64,000 nucleotides of DNA from an uncultured Gemmatimonadales bacterium (GCA_963716255.1 OY970303.1:6048001-6112000), one strand, 5' to 3'. Numbered from the stretch's first letter, positions 1 through 9,605 are shown. Notes: generated by a model from the sequence alone, not told the origin. A program made the numbers and translations.

Positions 1-2
1 GG

Positions 3-95
3 TTCGGTGAGATCGCCGACATGACGCCCGTGCAACAGCTGGCGAACCAGATCTTCGAGCGGTTCCCGGAAGAAGTCGAGGAGAAGTGGAAGTAG
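3..95 (+). CDS. 3' end of an unidentified CDS running in from the window edge (…FGEIADMTPVQQLANQIFERFPEEVEEKWK*)
   Basis: Open frame with coding-like codon usage ending in TAG at 93-95, convergent with the next gene. Confidence 0.5.
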   Translation, partial: FGEIADMTPVQQLANQIFERFPEEVEEKWK

Positions 96-118
96 TACGC
101 TGATCCGCGGCCGGAATG

Positions 119-1027
119 CTACTTTGAAGCCGCGTGTCTCGATCCCCAGTGCCCGAACGGCACCACAGGCATGGGAAAGAAGTCGTCCGCCAGCGCCGCC
201 AGCACCGACGGCGCGTTCGCCTTCCCCTCCTTGAGCGCCATCCGCCGCACCTGCTTGCTGAGCAGCAGGTTCTTCTCGCCGATGGGATCCAGCCCCGCCG
301 CGATCGCCTCGCCCCGCCGCGACAGGTAGTCCACCACGTAGTCGAACGACCTCACCACGTACGCGTCGATGGTGGCGTCGTCCAGCTGCCAGCGCGAGTT
401 CTGCAGCACCGAGCCGAAGATGGAGTGCCAGCGGTCGTTGTCCTGGAAGCGGATCATCCCGCGAAAGATCCGCCGGTTGGTCTGGAAGGAGAAGAGCGTC
501 GCCGAGAGCACCCGGTCGAAGAGCGCGTCCGCCTCCGAGTGGTCGTGGTCCATCACCACGTGGCGGGCCAGCTGCGTGTAGCGCTCCGGGAGCTGCACGT
601 CCATCCGGTGCTCCCAGTACGAGTGCCCCAGCCCCTTGGTGGACGAGGTGAGGAGGAGCTGCCGGGGGACGTAGGTGTTGTGCGCGACGGTGTCCGCCGC
701 CAGGTGGGCCAGGTACCCCAGCCCCATGGCGCGCAGCCGGTCCGTGTGCGCCGAGCCGAAGATCTCCTCGCCGATGTGCCAGTGGTGGCAGTGGCGCCCC
801 TCCGGCACGTACTTCTTGGCGAGCGAGATGTCCGCGGCCACCGAGCCGTAGAGGAAGTCGTGCGGGTACGCCGCCAGCAGCGTGCGCACCGCGGGCGGCA
901 CCAGGTGCAGGGCGTCCAGGAGCCCCACCCCCAAGTACACGTGCGTGGCCGGACCCCACGCCCAGGCGGGGTCCGGGAACAGGAAGAGGGCGACGACCGC
1001 GACGACGAGCGAGACCGCGAGCGTCAC
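119..1027 (-). CDS. Zinc-dependent phospholipase C / S1-P1-like family protein
   Basis: Signal-like N-terminus then AWGPATH (W…H zinc ligands), HLAADTVAH and HSYWE motifs. Confidence 0.75.
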   Translation of the reverse strand: MTLAVSLVVAVVALFLFPDPAWAWGPATHVYLGVGLLDALHLVPPAVRTLLAAYPHDFLYGSVAADISLAKKYVPEGRHCHHWHIGEEIFGSAHTDRLRAMGLGYLAHLAADTVAHNTYVPRQLLLTSSTKGLGHSYWEHRMDVQLPERYTQLARHVVMDHDHSEADALFDRVLSATLFSFQTNRRIFRGMIRFQDNDRWHSIFGSVLQNSRWQLDDATIDAYVVRSFDYVVDYLSRRGEAIAAGLDPIGEKNLLLSKQVRRMALKEGKANAPSVLAALADDFFPMPVVPFGHWGSRHAASK

Positions 1028-1031
1028 CGCG

Positions 1032-1406
1032 TCACATCCCGAACTTCCGGCGCGTGCGCTTCGCCTGGCGCGCCACCTCGCGCACCTTGCCCTGCGCCAG
1101 CTCCTGCAGGTCGCCGCGCGCCTCCCCCAGGATCTGCGCCACCTCCTCGCGGAACTCCGAGATCAGCTCGCGCCCCGCGGAGATCACCTCGCCCGTCATG
1201 TCCGAGGTGGCATCCGCCCCATCGCTCAGCCCGCCGCGCAGCTTGTCGTAGCTGCGCTCCATGCGGCGCTTGTAGGGCTTCAGCTGCTTCGCGACCCGGT
1301 CGCGGGCGGTGGGCCTTTCCGGCTGGAGGAGGAGGGTCGCCCCGATGCCGAGCACGGTGCCCACGGCGAAGGCGGTCAGGAAGTCCACGGTGTCCTGGCG
1401 AGGCAT
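1032..1406 (-). CDS. YtxH domain-containing protein
   Basis: FAVGTVLGIGATLLLQP N-terminal hydrophobic motif followed by an amphipathic helical region. Confidence 0.75.
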   Translation of the reverse strand: MPRQDTVDFLTAFAVGTVLGIGATLLLQPERPTARDRVAKQLKPYKRRMERSYDKLRGGLSDGADATSDMTGEVISAGRELISEFREEVAQILGEARGDLQELAQGKVREVARQAKRTRRKFGM

Positions 1407-1461
1407 TGGGTTCTCCGGTTTCGTCGGTTGTGTCGCGGGGGGCGGGCGGCGGGGCCGCGCC

Positions 1462-2082
1462 TCACCCCCGGCGCGGCTCGATGTTGATGTCCAGCCGGTC
1501 GCCGCGGTCTACCAGCACGTCGTCGTCGAAGACGTCGTCGTCCAGGCGGCCCAGCTCCCCGTCCTCCTGGAAGCGGCGGAAGGTTTCCGCCCCCACGCGC
1601 ACCCCGCGCACGGTGGACGCGGTCTCGATGAACAATCCCTCCGCCTCCTCCTGCACCACCTCCAGCAGCGCGTTCAGCTCGTTGACCCGCTGCTCCGCGA
1701 GCGCCGCCACCCGGTTCACCCGCTGGTTGGCGCTGGCGACCGTCTGGTTGAGCAGCTGCACGTCCGCGCGGATGGAGGTGGAGATGTAGTCCACGTTGTC
1801 CGCGACCGCCGCCGCGTGCCGGACGATGGGGTTGATGTCGTCGCGCAGCCGGTCCACCACCTGGTTGATCTTGGAGTATACCTTGCGCGAGTTCCACGCC
1901 GCCGGGATGAGCGGGATGGCGATGGCGATCAGCGCCAGGGCGATGACGATGCTCGCGATGCTCTGGAGCAGGTCGATCCAGTACTGGAAGCCGCGGGAGC
2001 CCGCCTGCACCGTGACGATGGTGTCGGCGATGGCGGGGCCGGTCTGCGCCAGGAGCAGGGGGAGGGCCGCCGGGGAAAACAT
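1462..2082 (-). CDS. DUF948/YoxC-like membrane coiled-coil protein
   Basis: TM helix plus coiled coil; usual neighbour of YtxH; start may be 2097. Confidence 0.6.
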   Translation of the reverse strand: MFSPAALPLLLAQTGPAIADTIVTVQAGSRGFQYWIDLLQSIASIVIALALIAIAIPLIPAAWNSRKVYSKINQVVDRLRDDINPIVRHAAAVADNVDYISTSIRADVQLLNQTVASANQRVNRVAALAEQRVNELNALLEVVQEEAEGLFIETASTVRGVRVGAETFRRFQEDGELGRLDDDVFDDDVLVDRGDRLDINIEPRRG

Positions 2083-2131
2083 CTCAAGGGAGATCAAACG
2101 AGGTCCTCCGGGAAGAGGGAAGGAGTTCCCT

Positions 2132-2761
2132 TCATTCGAACAGGTCCACGCCCAGCGTCCGGTACCCCACCTTGGGGACCAGCCGCACGGCGAAGCGCGA
2201 GGGGCGCCCGCGGGCGAAGAGGCGGCGGACCTCCTCCGCCACCCCCGCCGGGAGCCGGTCCAGCCCCGACGGGTCGCGCCGGTCCAGCCAGGCGCGCAGG
2301 GCGCCGTCCAACCGCACGATCCCGCCCGCCGCGTCCGCCAGCGTCCGCAGCTCCTCCGGGGCCGACCAGGCGCCGCACAGCTCCGCCACCTCGCCGGCGT
2401 ACAGGTCGCCCAGCGGGAGAAAGGGCTCCGGCGGGAGCGTGCCGCAGAGGAGGAGCACCGTCTTGTTCTCCGGCGCGGCGGCCAGCGCGTCCGACGCCAG
2501 CCGCGCCGCGAGCCCCGCCGCCTCGCGCTCCGCCCGCTCCCCAGCGCCCATGCCGCGCAGGACGTGCAAGAGTGGTTCCACCCCCGGAGCGTCCGCGCGG
2601 GCCCGCAGCAGGGCGTTCGCCCCCAGGGGCTCCAGCAGTCGCGCGGCGAGCCCCGCCTCCGGCGAGCCGTCGTCGGCCAGCGCCACGCGGGCCACGCCCC
2701 GGTCCGCGAGCGCCTGCCGCGCCACCGCGGTCACCAGCTCCCCGATGCGCGCCTCCCTCAC
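2132..2761 (-). CDS. Degenerate NAD+ synthetase (NadE)-like domain protein
   Basis: GTG overlaps the upstream stop; ENKT…PLGDLYAGEV resembles NadE NKSE…PIGDLYKTEV, but the SGGxDS P-loop is replaced by ADDGSPE. Confidence 0.55.
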   Translation of the reverse strand: MREARIGELVTAVARQALADRGVARVALADDGSPEAGLAARLLEPLGANALLRARADAPGVEPLLHVLRGMGAGERAEREAAGLAARLASDALAAAPENKTVLLLCGTLPPEPFLPLGDLYAGEVAELCGAWSAPEELRTLADAAGGIVRLDGALRAWLDRRDPSGLDRLPAGVAEEVRRLFARGRPSRFAVRLVPKVGYRTLGVDLFE

Positions 2762-3642
2762 CGCGCTTCGTCCTCCGCCACGATGCGGGCCAGCTCGCGC
2801 AGCACCAGGCGCGGGTCCTCGTCGCGCGCGTGCGAGTACGGGCGGCGCGCCCGCGCCACCGCGTCCAGCGACAGGTCGGCGGTCACGCGGTCCTTGTGCA
2901 GGTCGCCGCCGCGGGCCAGCACCGCGCCGTCCGGACCCACGATCAGCGAGCCCCCCGCGAACACGGTGCCTCCCTCCACTCCAACCCGGTTCGCGACCAC
3001 CACGTAGGTCCCGTACGCCGTCGCCGCCGCGACGGCCAGGTGCTCCCACGCCTTCCACGAGGCGAAGCGCGCGCCCTCCGCACCGCCCTCCCACGAGCCG
3101 CGCCCCGCCGCCGCCGACTGCGCCACGATCAGGTTGGCGCCGGCCGCCGCGTGCAGGTACGCGAGCGAGGGGTGCCACAGGTCCTCGCACACCAGGAGCC
3201 CCACCCGCCACCCGCCGCCCGCGTCGTAGGCGCGCACCCGGTCGCCCGCGCCGAACCAGCGCCCCTCGTCGAACATCCCGTAGGTGGGGAGGTAGAGCTT
3301 GCGGTGCCGGTGCAGGACCTTGCCACGGCGCAGGTGGAGCGCCGTGTTGAAGGGGACGAAGCCGTCGCCCATCTCCACCATCCCCAGCACCACGTCCGGC
3401 CCGTCCGCCAGGGCGGGGAAGGGCGCCTCGCCCACGGGGACGGCGAGCGCGTGCGCGCGGTCGCGCAGGTCGTACCCGGTCAGCGCCAGCTCCGGCGTCA
3501 CCAGCAGGTCCACCCCGTCGCGCGCCGCGGCGGCCTGCGCGGCGGCCACCTGGCGGAGGTTCGCGTCCGGGTCGCCCAGGACCGGCGCGAACTGCTCCAC
3601 CCGCAGGCGCAGCCGCGCCCCGCTCCACTCGCCGCCGCTCAC
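2758..3642 (-). CDS. Nitrilase/carbon-nitrogen hydrolase (glutaminase-like domain of Gln-dependent NadE)
   Basis: Catalytic triad motifs TPELALTGY, HRKLYLPTYGMFDE, LVCEDLWH; NRVG…FAGGS. Confidence 0.85.
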   Translation of the reverse strand: MSGGEWSGARLRLRVEQFAPVLGDPDANLRQVAAAQAAAARDGVDLLVTPELALTGYDLRDRAHALAVPVGEAPFPALADGPDVVLGMVEMGDGFVPFNTALHLRRGKVLHRHRKLYLPTYGMFDEGRWFGAGDRVRAYDAGGGWRVGLLVCEDLWHPSLAYLHAAAGANLIVAQSAAAGRGSWEGGAEGARFASWKAWEHLAVAAATAYGTYVVVANRVGVEGGTVFAGGSLIVGPDGAVLARGGDLHKDRVTADLSLDAVARARRPYSHARDEDPRLVLRELARIVAEDEAR

Positions 3643-3989
3643 CCCTCGCTGCCCAGCTCCGGGGAAAGCCCCACCGCGCGCGTGACCGGCACGGTGAACA
3701 CGATCCCCGTGGCCGGGTCCTCCAGGCTGCCGCAGATCTTCTGGAGCAGGTCGATCACCCGGTCCACCTTGTCCTCCTCGCGGATGACGCTGAGGATGGT
3801 GTAGTTGCGGGGCCGCGAGCGGGAAGCCAGGTCGGCCAGGCCGGCGAAGATGGGGACGTCGTGCACCAGGAAGCGGCCCATCCCCTCGCTGTTGATCAGG
3901 GTGGCGCCGGTGACGCCCAGCTCGACGAACCCCGAAAGGATCTCGTCCAGCTTCTCTTCCTCGTTGATCACCGCGATCAGGAGTTGCAC
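3639..3989 (-). CDS. P-II-like nitrogen regulatory family protein
   Basis: GVTGATLINSEGMG and TGIVFTVPV motifs; GTG start at 3989 (alternative ATG at 4058). Confidence 0.75.
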   Translation of the reverse strand: MQLLIAVINEEEKLDEILSGFVELGVTGATLINSEGMGRFLVHDVPIFAGLADLASRSRPRNYTILSVIREEDKVDRVIDLLQKICGSLEDPATGIVFTVPVTRAVGLSPELGSEG

Positions 3990-4250
3990 GCGCGTCCCGG
4001 GGCCGGTGGAGAACGGGGCGGGTGCGGCCGCTGCGGCCCCGCCGTCGGGTCGTATCATACCCCGCGCCGCGAACGGGTGTCAAGGAAACGCGGGGCTTTC
4101 CGCCCTCGGCCGCCGGCGTGTCCACGACGGCGCGGAGGGGTTCGCACGATCCTTGCTCCGCCGGTCGGCTCCGAGCCCGACCGAGCCCCGCCCCCGCCGC
4201 CGAAGCCCGCGGGGGACGGGTGAGCGCTTTCCCAGACCGGAGATCCCAGA

Positions 4251-5549
4251 GTGCCCAAGTTCATCGTCCAGGGTGGCCGTCCGCTGCGCGGCACGGTCCG
4301 GCCCGCCGGAAACAAGAACGCGGCGCTGCCGATGCTCGCCGCGACCCTGCTCACCGAGCAGGAGGTGGTGCTGGAGAACGTCCCCAAGATCCGGGACGTG
4401 CTCACCCTGATGGACCTGCTCCGCACCCTGGGCGCCGAAGCCGACTGGACCGGGGACAACGAGGTGACCGTCTGCGCGAAGGACGTGGGCAAGGTGCAGC
4501 TGGACGAGACGGCGGCGTCGCGGATCCGCGCCTCCATCCTCCTCGCTGGCCCCATGCTGGCCCGGGTGGGCGGGATGACCCTCCCCCCGCCGGGCGGCGA
4601 CATCATCGGCCGGCGGCGCATGGACACGCACTTCCTGGCGCTCCGCAGCCTGGGCGCCGAGGTCGTCATCGGCACCAGGGCGTTCGAGCTGCGCGCCCCG
4701 AACGGGCTGAGGGGCGCCGACATCTTCCTGGACGAGCCCAGCGTCACCGCCACCGAGAACGCCGTCATGGCGGCGGCGCTGGCGCGCGGCACCACGCGGC
4801 TGCGCAACGCCGCCGCCGAGCCGCACGTCCAGGACCTGTGCCACATGGTGGCCGGAATGGGCGCGAAGGTGGAGGGGATCGGCACGGGCACGCTGGTGAT
4901 CGAGGGGCGCGAGTCGCTGGGCGGGGGCCGCTTCCGCATCAGCGCCGACCACATCGAGGTGGGATCGTTCATCGGCCTGGCCGCGGTGACCGGGGGCGAG
5001 CTGCTGATCCAGGACGCCGACCCGCACCACCTGGACTCCACCCTTCTGGGGTTCGCGCGCCTGGGCGTGCGCGGCGAGGTGCGCGGCAACGACCTGTTCA
5101 TCCCCGCGGAGCAGGCCCGCACGGTGGAGATGGACATGGGCGGCTACATCCCCAAGATCGACGACGGCCCGTGGCCGGCCTTTCCCGCGGACCTCACCTC
5201 CATCGCGCTGGTGGCGGCCACCCAGTGCGAAGGGACGATCCTGATCCACGAAAAGATGTTCGAGTCGCGGATGTTCTTCACCGACAAGCTGGTGGCCATG
5301 GGCGCCCGGCTCGTCCTGTGCGACCCGCACCGCGTCATCGTCATCGGCCCCTCCAAGCTGCGCGGCGGCGTGGTGGAGAGCCCGGACATCCGCGCCGGGA
5401 TGGGGCTGCTGATCGCCGCCCTGGGGGCCCAGGGCGAGAGCGAGATCTACAACGTGGGGCAGATCGAGCGCGGCTACGAGCGCATCGACGAGCGCCTGCG
5501 CGCGCTGGGCGCCGACATCGAGCGCGCCGACTCGCGCGAGCGCGACTAG
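4251..5549 (+). CDS. murA: UDP-N-acetylglucosamine 1-carboxyvinyltransferase
   Basis: GNKNAALP, RASILLAGP, LPPPGGDIIGRR, PAFPADL, DIRAG, IERGYE; Asp instead of Cys in the GGD motif. Confidence 0.95.
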   Translation: MPKFIVQGGRPLRGTVRPAGNKNAALPMLAATLLTEQEVVLENVPKIRDVLTLMDLLRTLGAEADWTGDNEVTVCAKDVGKVQLDETAASRIRASILLAGPMLARVGGMTLPPPGGDIIGRRRMDTHFLALRSLGAEVVIGTRAFELRAPNGLRGADIFLDEPSVTATENAVMAAALARGTTRLRNAAAEPHVQDLCHMVAGMGAKVEGIGTGTLVIEGRESLGGGRFRISADHIEVGSFIGLAAVTGGELLIQDADPHHLDSTLLGFARLGVRGEVRGNDLFIPAEQARTVEMDMGGYIPKIDDGPWPAFPADLTSIALVAATQCEGTILIHEKMFESRMFFTDKLVAMGARLVLCDPHRVIVIGPSKLRGGVVESPDIRAGMGLLIAALGAQGESEIYNVGQIERGYERIDERLRALGADIERADSRERD

Positions 5550-6741
5550 TGGATCACCCCGGCTGAGGTGATGGGTATCGGGAGGAGAACTTCTCCCGAG
5601 CCTTGGCGGTTGTGAAACGCCACTGAATCGTGGCCTTGCTGCCGTTGCGGTCGCGGCACCAGACGGCGGTTTCACGCTGCACGACTTCCATGCTGGGCAG
5701 GCGCCGGTCCAAGCATTGAGTGCCGAGCACGGAGAACTCCACCTCGGCCATGTTCAACCAGCTTGCATGCTTGGGCGTGTGGTGCAACTCCAGGCGCTTT
5801 GCGATCCGGCTTGCTTCCTCGGGCGCGAACGCCTGGTAGAGCGAGGCCGGCGTGTGCGTGTTCAGGTTGTCCAGCACCACGCGGACCTTCTCCGCCTCCG
5901 GAAAATGCACGTCCACCAGATCCCGCATGCAGTGGGCGAAGTCGATCGCGGTGCGCCGCTGCGTGACCTTGACCTCTCGCCAGGCGGTGTCGGGGCTGAA
6001 GAAGAGGAAGAGGTTGCACGTGCCTTCGCGCCGGTACTCGTAGTCGAACCGCTCGGCCTGCCCCGGTCGCGCCGGCAGCGGCATGCGCACCTCGGACAGA
6101 AGTTGCAGAGGCATCTCGTCAAAGGCCACACGCGGCCGCTTCGGGTCGTTCGGCTCTGCATACAGGTCGAGCACGTCCTCCATCCGCCAGACGAATTCGG
6201 CCGTGATCTCCGGGATCAGCCACTGCTGGCGCTGCCACGGCTTCGTCTTGCTTTTTTGAGCGTGCGGCGCACCGTCTCATCCGAGATCGAGTCCACCGCC
6301 CCCAGTTCCACCAGCCGGTCCGCGAGCATCTGCATGCTCCAGCGGGCGCGCCCACCAGGCACGTCGCTGCAGGCCAGCGCCAGGAGCAGGGCCTCCGCTT
6401 TGCCTGTCAGCTTCGGCGGCATCGGCGGGCGGGGTTTCTCTGAGAGAGCCGCCTCCAGCCCTTCTTCCACGAAGCGCTTGCGGATGCGCTCCACCGTAGC
6501 GACCCCGACGCCCACGCCCGCGACGATCTGCTCGTCCGTGGCACCCTCGTCGGAGCGCAGCACCACCAGAGCGCGTTTGATCCGCCGCGCGCTTGCCTTC
6601 CCCTTGCGCGTGAGCACAAGCAGATCGCTGCGCTCCTGCTCCGTCAGCTTCACCTTGTACCGCTTCGTCATCCTTCGGCTCCTGTACAACTGCGTACCCA
6701 AAGCCGAAGGATACCCCATCAACTCACTCGTGGTGCCCCAC
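5549..6741 (-). mobile_element. IS630-family insertion sequence (~1.19 kb), TA target duplication
   Basis: Imperfect ~30 bp TIRs (GTGGATCACCCCGGCTGAGGTGATGGG / GTGGGGCACCACGAGTGAGTTGATGGG) flanked by TA at 5547-5548 and 6742-6743. Confidence 0.9.
5554..6671 (-). CDS. IS630 transposase split into orfA (HTH, 6216-6671) and orfB (DDE, 5554-~6255), joined by a -1 shift at CAAAAAAG (6251-6258)
   Basis: orfA HTH ending TVRRTLKK; orfB KPWQRQQW…FDEMP…VLDNLNTH…SWLNMAEVEF. Confidence 0.9.
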
Positions 6742-6775
6742 TAGGCCGCAAGACCCGGGACAGGGGGATAGCCAC

Positions 6776-7150
6776 GTGGCGGACGAGCAGCGGCGGATGC
6801 CGGGGATCGGCGAAGGGATCAGGGCGGGGCTGGGGATCCTCTCCGCCTTCAAGGAGGCGGTGGAGGAGACCTTCCAGGAAGCCGTGGAGCGCGGCGACAT
6901 GAAGCCCGACCGCGCGAAGCAGGCGGTGCAGGACGCCGTGCGTCGCGCCCAGGGCACCTTCGACGAGGTGCGCGAGCGCCTGGACGCGGTTCCCCGGCGC
7001 GAGTTCGACGAGCTGCGGGCGGAGCTGGACGCGCTCCGGGCCGAGGTGGCCGAGCTGCGCGGTCGGCTCGGCGGGGTGGAGCGCATCGAGGAGCGCGTGG
7101 AAGAGCGCGGCGCCGGCCCCGACGCCAGCGGCATCCTCGTCGAGCCGTAG
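6776..7150 (+). CDS. Phasin-like coiled-coil hypothetical protein
   Basis: GLGILSAFKE…VERGDM…REEFDEL-like pattern of polyhydroxyalkanoate granule-associated proteins. Confidence 0.55.
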   Translation: MADEQRRMPGIGEGIRAGLGILSAFKEAVEETFQEAVERGDMKPDRAKQAVQDAVRRAQGTFDEVRERLDAVPRREFDELRAELDALRAEVAELRGRLGGVERIEERVEERGAGPDASGILVEP

Positions 7151-7926
7151 TGGGCGCGCCGGAGGGGGCGCGCGTCGTCGCGGAAACGGAGTCCGGCGGC
7201 GGCGTGCCGCTGTGGACGCACCCCGGGTGGGCGGAGCGCTTCCCCTGGCTGGCGCAGGGGACCACCGGCGCCGGCTCGCCGGAGGCGCCCTTCGACCTGG
7301 GGCTGGCGGGGTCGCAGCCGGTGGGCCCCGCTCTGGACCGCTGGCGGGCCCTGCGCGCCGCCGCGGGCGCGGAAACGGTGGTACACGCGCGCCAGGTGCA
7401 CGCCGCCGACGTGTGGACCCACCGCGAGCGCGGCGCCCCCGGGATCGCCGTGATGGACGGCTACGACGGCCACGCCGCCGCGCAACCCGGGCTGCTGCTC
7501 GCCGTGGGTGTGGCGGACTGCGTCCCCGTGTCGCTGGTGGACCCGGCGACGCGCTCCGTCGCGCTGGTGCACGCCGGCTGGCGCGGCACCGCGGGCGGCA
7601 TCGTGGAGCGCGCCATGGACGTGCTCGCCGCCGACTTCGGCGCGCGGGTGGAGGAGCTGTGGCTGCACTGCGGCCCGGCCATCTGCGGCGAGTGCTACGA
7701 GGTGGGGCCGGAGGTGCACGCCGGGGTCCGTCCGGGGTGCGCGCCGCCGGCTGGACCCGCGCCCATCGACCTGCGCGCCGCCATCTTCGAGCGCGCCGTC
7801 GCGCGGGGAGCTCTCGCGGATCGGGTCACGGTTTCGGCGCACTGCACCCGCTGTGGCCCGGGGAGCTTTTTCTCCCACCGCGGAGGTTCCCGCGCCCGCC
7901 AGATGGGGGTTCTCGGGATTCGTTGA
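7150..7926 (+). CDS. pgeF: Polyphenol oxidase/purine nucleoside phosphorylase YfiH family
   Basis: QVH, ADCVPV, HAGWRG, GPAICGECYEVG, CT…FFSHR motifs. Confidence 0.9.
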   Translation: MGAPEGARVVAETESGGGVPLWTHPGWAERFPWLAQGTTGAGSPEAPFDLGLAGSQPVGPALDRWRALRAAAGAETVVHARQVHAADVWTHRERGAPGIAVMDGYDGHAAAQPGLLLAVGVADCVPVSLVDPATRSVALVHAGWRGTAGGIVERAMDVLAADFGARVEELWLHCGPAICGECYEVGPEVHAGVRPGCAPPAGPAPIDLRAAIFERAVARGALADRVTVSAHCTRCGPGSFFSHRGGSRARQMGVLGIR

Positions 7927-7935
7927 TTCGACTGC

Positions 7936-7974
7936 GGGTTCGGGCGTGCCCCCGGCTGGCGCCGGGGTCGGGCT
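7936..7974 (+). repeat. Truncated/variant copy 1 of the ~135-nt structured intergenic repeat
   Basis: GGGTTCGGGCGTGCCCCCGGCTGGCGCCGGGGTCGGGCT matches the 5' part of the other copies, then diverges. Confidence 0.85.
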
Positions 7975-8135
7975 GCGGTGTGGGGCGGGACGGCGAAGCG
8001 CCGCCGCGGCAGGGAGCTTCGGCGGCGCTTCGGATTAACGGGGCCGGTCGAAATGTGCCATCAGCTTCCACGCCGCCGGCCAGGATTAGCCCAGCCATCC
8101 CTAAGAGTTGGACTGCCGCGACGCTCTTATCCGAA

Positions 8136-9605
8136 TTAGTTCAACCGGTCGGATACTTTCTGAAATCTCTCGAGTGCAGTCAACAAGTTCGCGGTGATCT
8201 GCGTGGCGAGTGCCTGGGGCGATGGGAGAGCTTCACCCGCGGCCTTTGCTTCTTCGGACCTCAGCCAAGTCAGATCGGTGCCACCATGGTCTCCCCTGAG
8301 CAGAGCGTCCCACTCAAACCTCCTCCATCTGCCTTGCGGGTTCTTTTGGGTCCAAGTAGGCCGACGCCGGTCCATCGCCTTTGGGTTGTAGCAGGCGACA
8401 AATTCGTCGAAATCAGATCGCTGGATCGGCCGCTTGCGGAGTGTGAAGTGCTTGGCCTCCCGGAGATCGTACACCCACAGGCCAGCCTCGCGGCCCACAG
8501 GATTCCGGTTGAAGAACAGCACATTTGCCTTCACGCCTGCGGCGTAGAAGATCCCAGGCGGGAGCCGCAGCAGGGTGTGCACGTAGCAGTCCTCGAATAG
8601 TTTTCTGCGCACTATCTCACCGCCGCCCCCCTCGGTAAGTACTGTGTCCGGGAGGACGATCGCGCAGCGACCATCGGGCTGCAGAAGCGTCAGAACGTGT
8701 TGGATGAAGTTGAGCTGCTTGTTGGCAGTGGTCACCCAAAAATCAGGTCTCCTCTCCCCGGCTGCTAAGTCTCCCTGGTCGTCTCCACCCGCGACGCTCC
8801 CCTTCTTGCCGAATGGCGGGTTCGTGAGCACGACCCTGAAGCGGCGGTCTGATGGGGTAGCCAGTGCATCCACGCCCGCCCGGATTGGGGACGGATCCGC
8901 GTTCACGCCGTGGAGGTAGAGGTTCATAATGCAGAGCCGTGCGGTGTTTGGCACCAACTCCCACCCGTGGACGAAGTCGCGGGCCAGGTGCTCGCGCTCC
9001 TTATGGGTGGCGCGCGGTCCTACCTCCCCGGTTGCGAACCGATGTGCGGCAAGCAGGAACCCGCCTGTCCCGGCAGCCGGGTCACACACCGTATCCTTCA
9101 CCGTGGGTTGTACGCAGTCGACAATGGCTTGGATGAGCGCACGTGGAGTGAAGTACTGCCCTGCTCCGCGAGGCGACTCGGAGGCGGTCCGAGCGAGAAG
9201 CCCCTCATAAATATCCCCGGATACGTCAGCGTCCATCGCGGTCCATGTCTCCGAGCCGATTAGGTCCACGATGAGCCGGCGCAGCGTCCGAGGATTCTCA
9301 ATCTCGGGGCGTGGCTTTCTGAAGATGTCACCGAGCATGCCTGGCTGGTGGCTTAACCGATCGAGGACCGCGTCATAATGCTCCTTCAATTCCGCGCCGG
9401 TCTTTTCGAGGAGACTCCCCCAGCCCCACTCCTGCGGGACAAGAGGTTGTCGGTCAGGATGGCGGGCCGAAACTTCGTCGGCCATTTTCAGGAAAAGTAG
9501 GAACGTAATCTGCTCAATGTACGCGAGATACGACAGGCCCTCGTCCCTCAGGACGTGTGCGAATCCCCACGCCTTGTCTACGATCTGCTTCGTGTCAGTC
9601 TTCAT
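8136..9605 (-). CDS. hsdM: Type I restriction-modification N6-adenine methyltransferase subunit M
   Basis: YIEQITFLLFLKM, GQYFTPR, DPAAGTGGF (motif I), NPPF (motif IV), RLPPGIFYA. Confidence 0.92.
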   Translation of the reverse strand: MKTDTKQIVDKAWGFAHVLRDEGLSYLAYIEQITFLLFLKMADEVSARHPDRQPLVPQEWGWGSLLEKTGAELKEHYDAVLDRLSHQPGMLGDIFRKPRPEIENPRTLRRLIVDLIGSETWTAMDADVSGDIYEGLLARTASESPRGAGQYFTPRALIQAIVDCVQPTVKDTVCDPAAGTGGFLLAAHRFATGEVGPRATHKEREHLARDFVHGWELVPNTARLCIMNLYLHGVNADPSPIRAGVDALATPSDRRFRVVLTNPPFGKKGSVAGGDDQGDLAAGERRPDFWVTTANKQLNFIQHVLTLLQPDGRCAIVLPDTVLTEGGGGEIVRRKLFEDCYVHTLLRLPPGIFYAAGVKANVLFFNRNPVGREAGLWVYDLREAKHFTLRKRPIQRSDFDEFVACYNPKAMDRRRPTWTQKNPQGRWRRFEWDALLRGDHGGTDLTWLRSEEAKAAGEALPSPQALATQITANLLTALERFQKVSDRLN

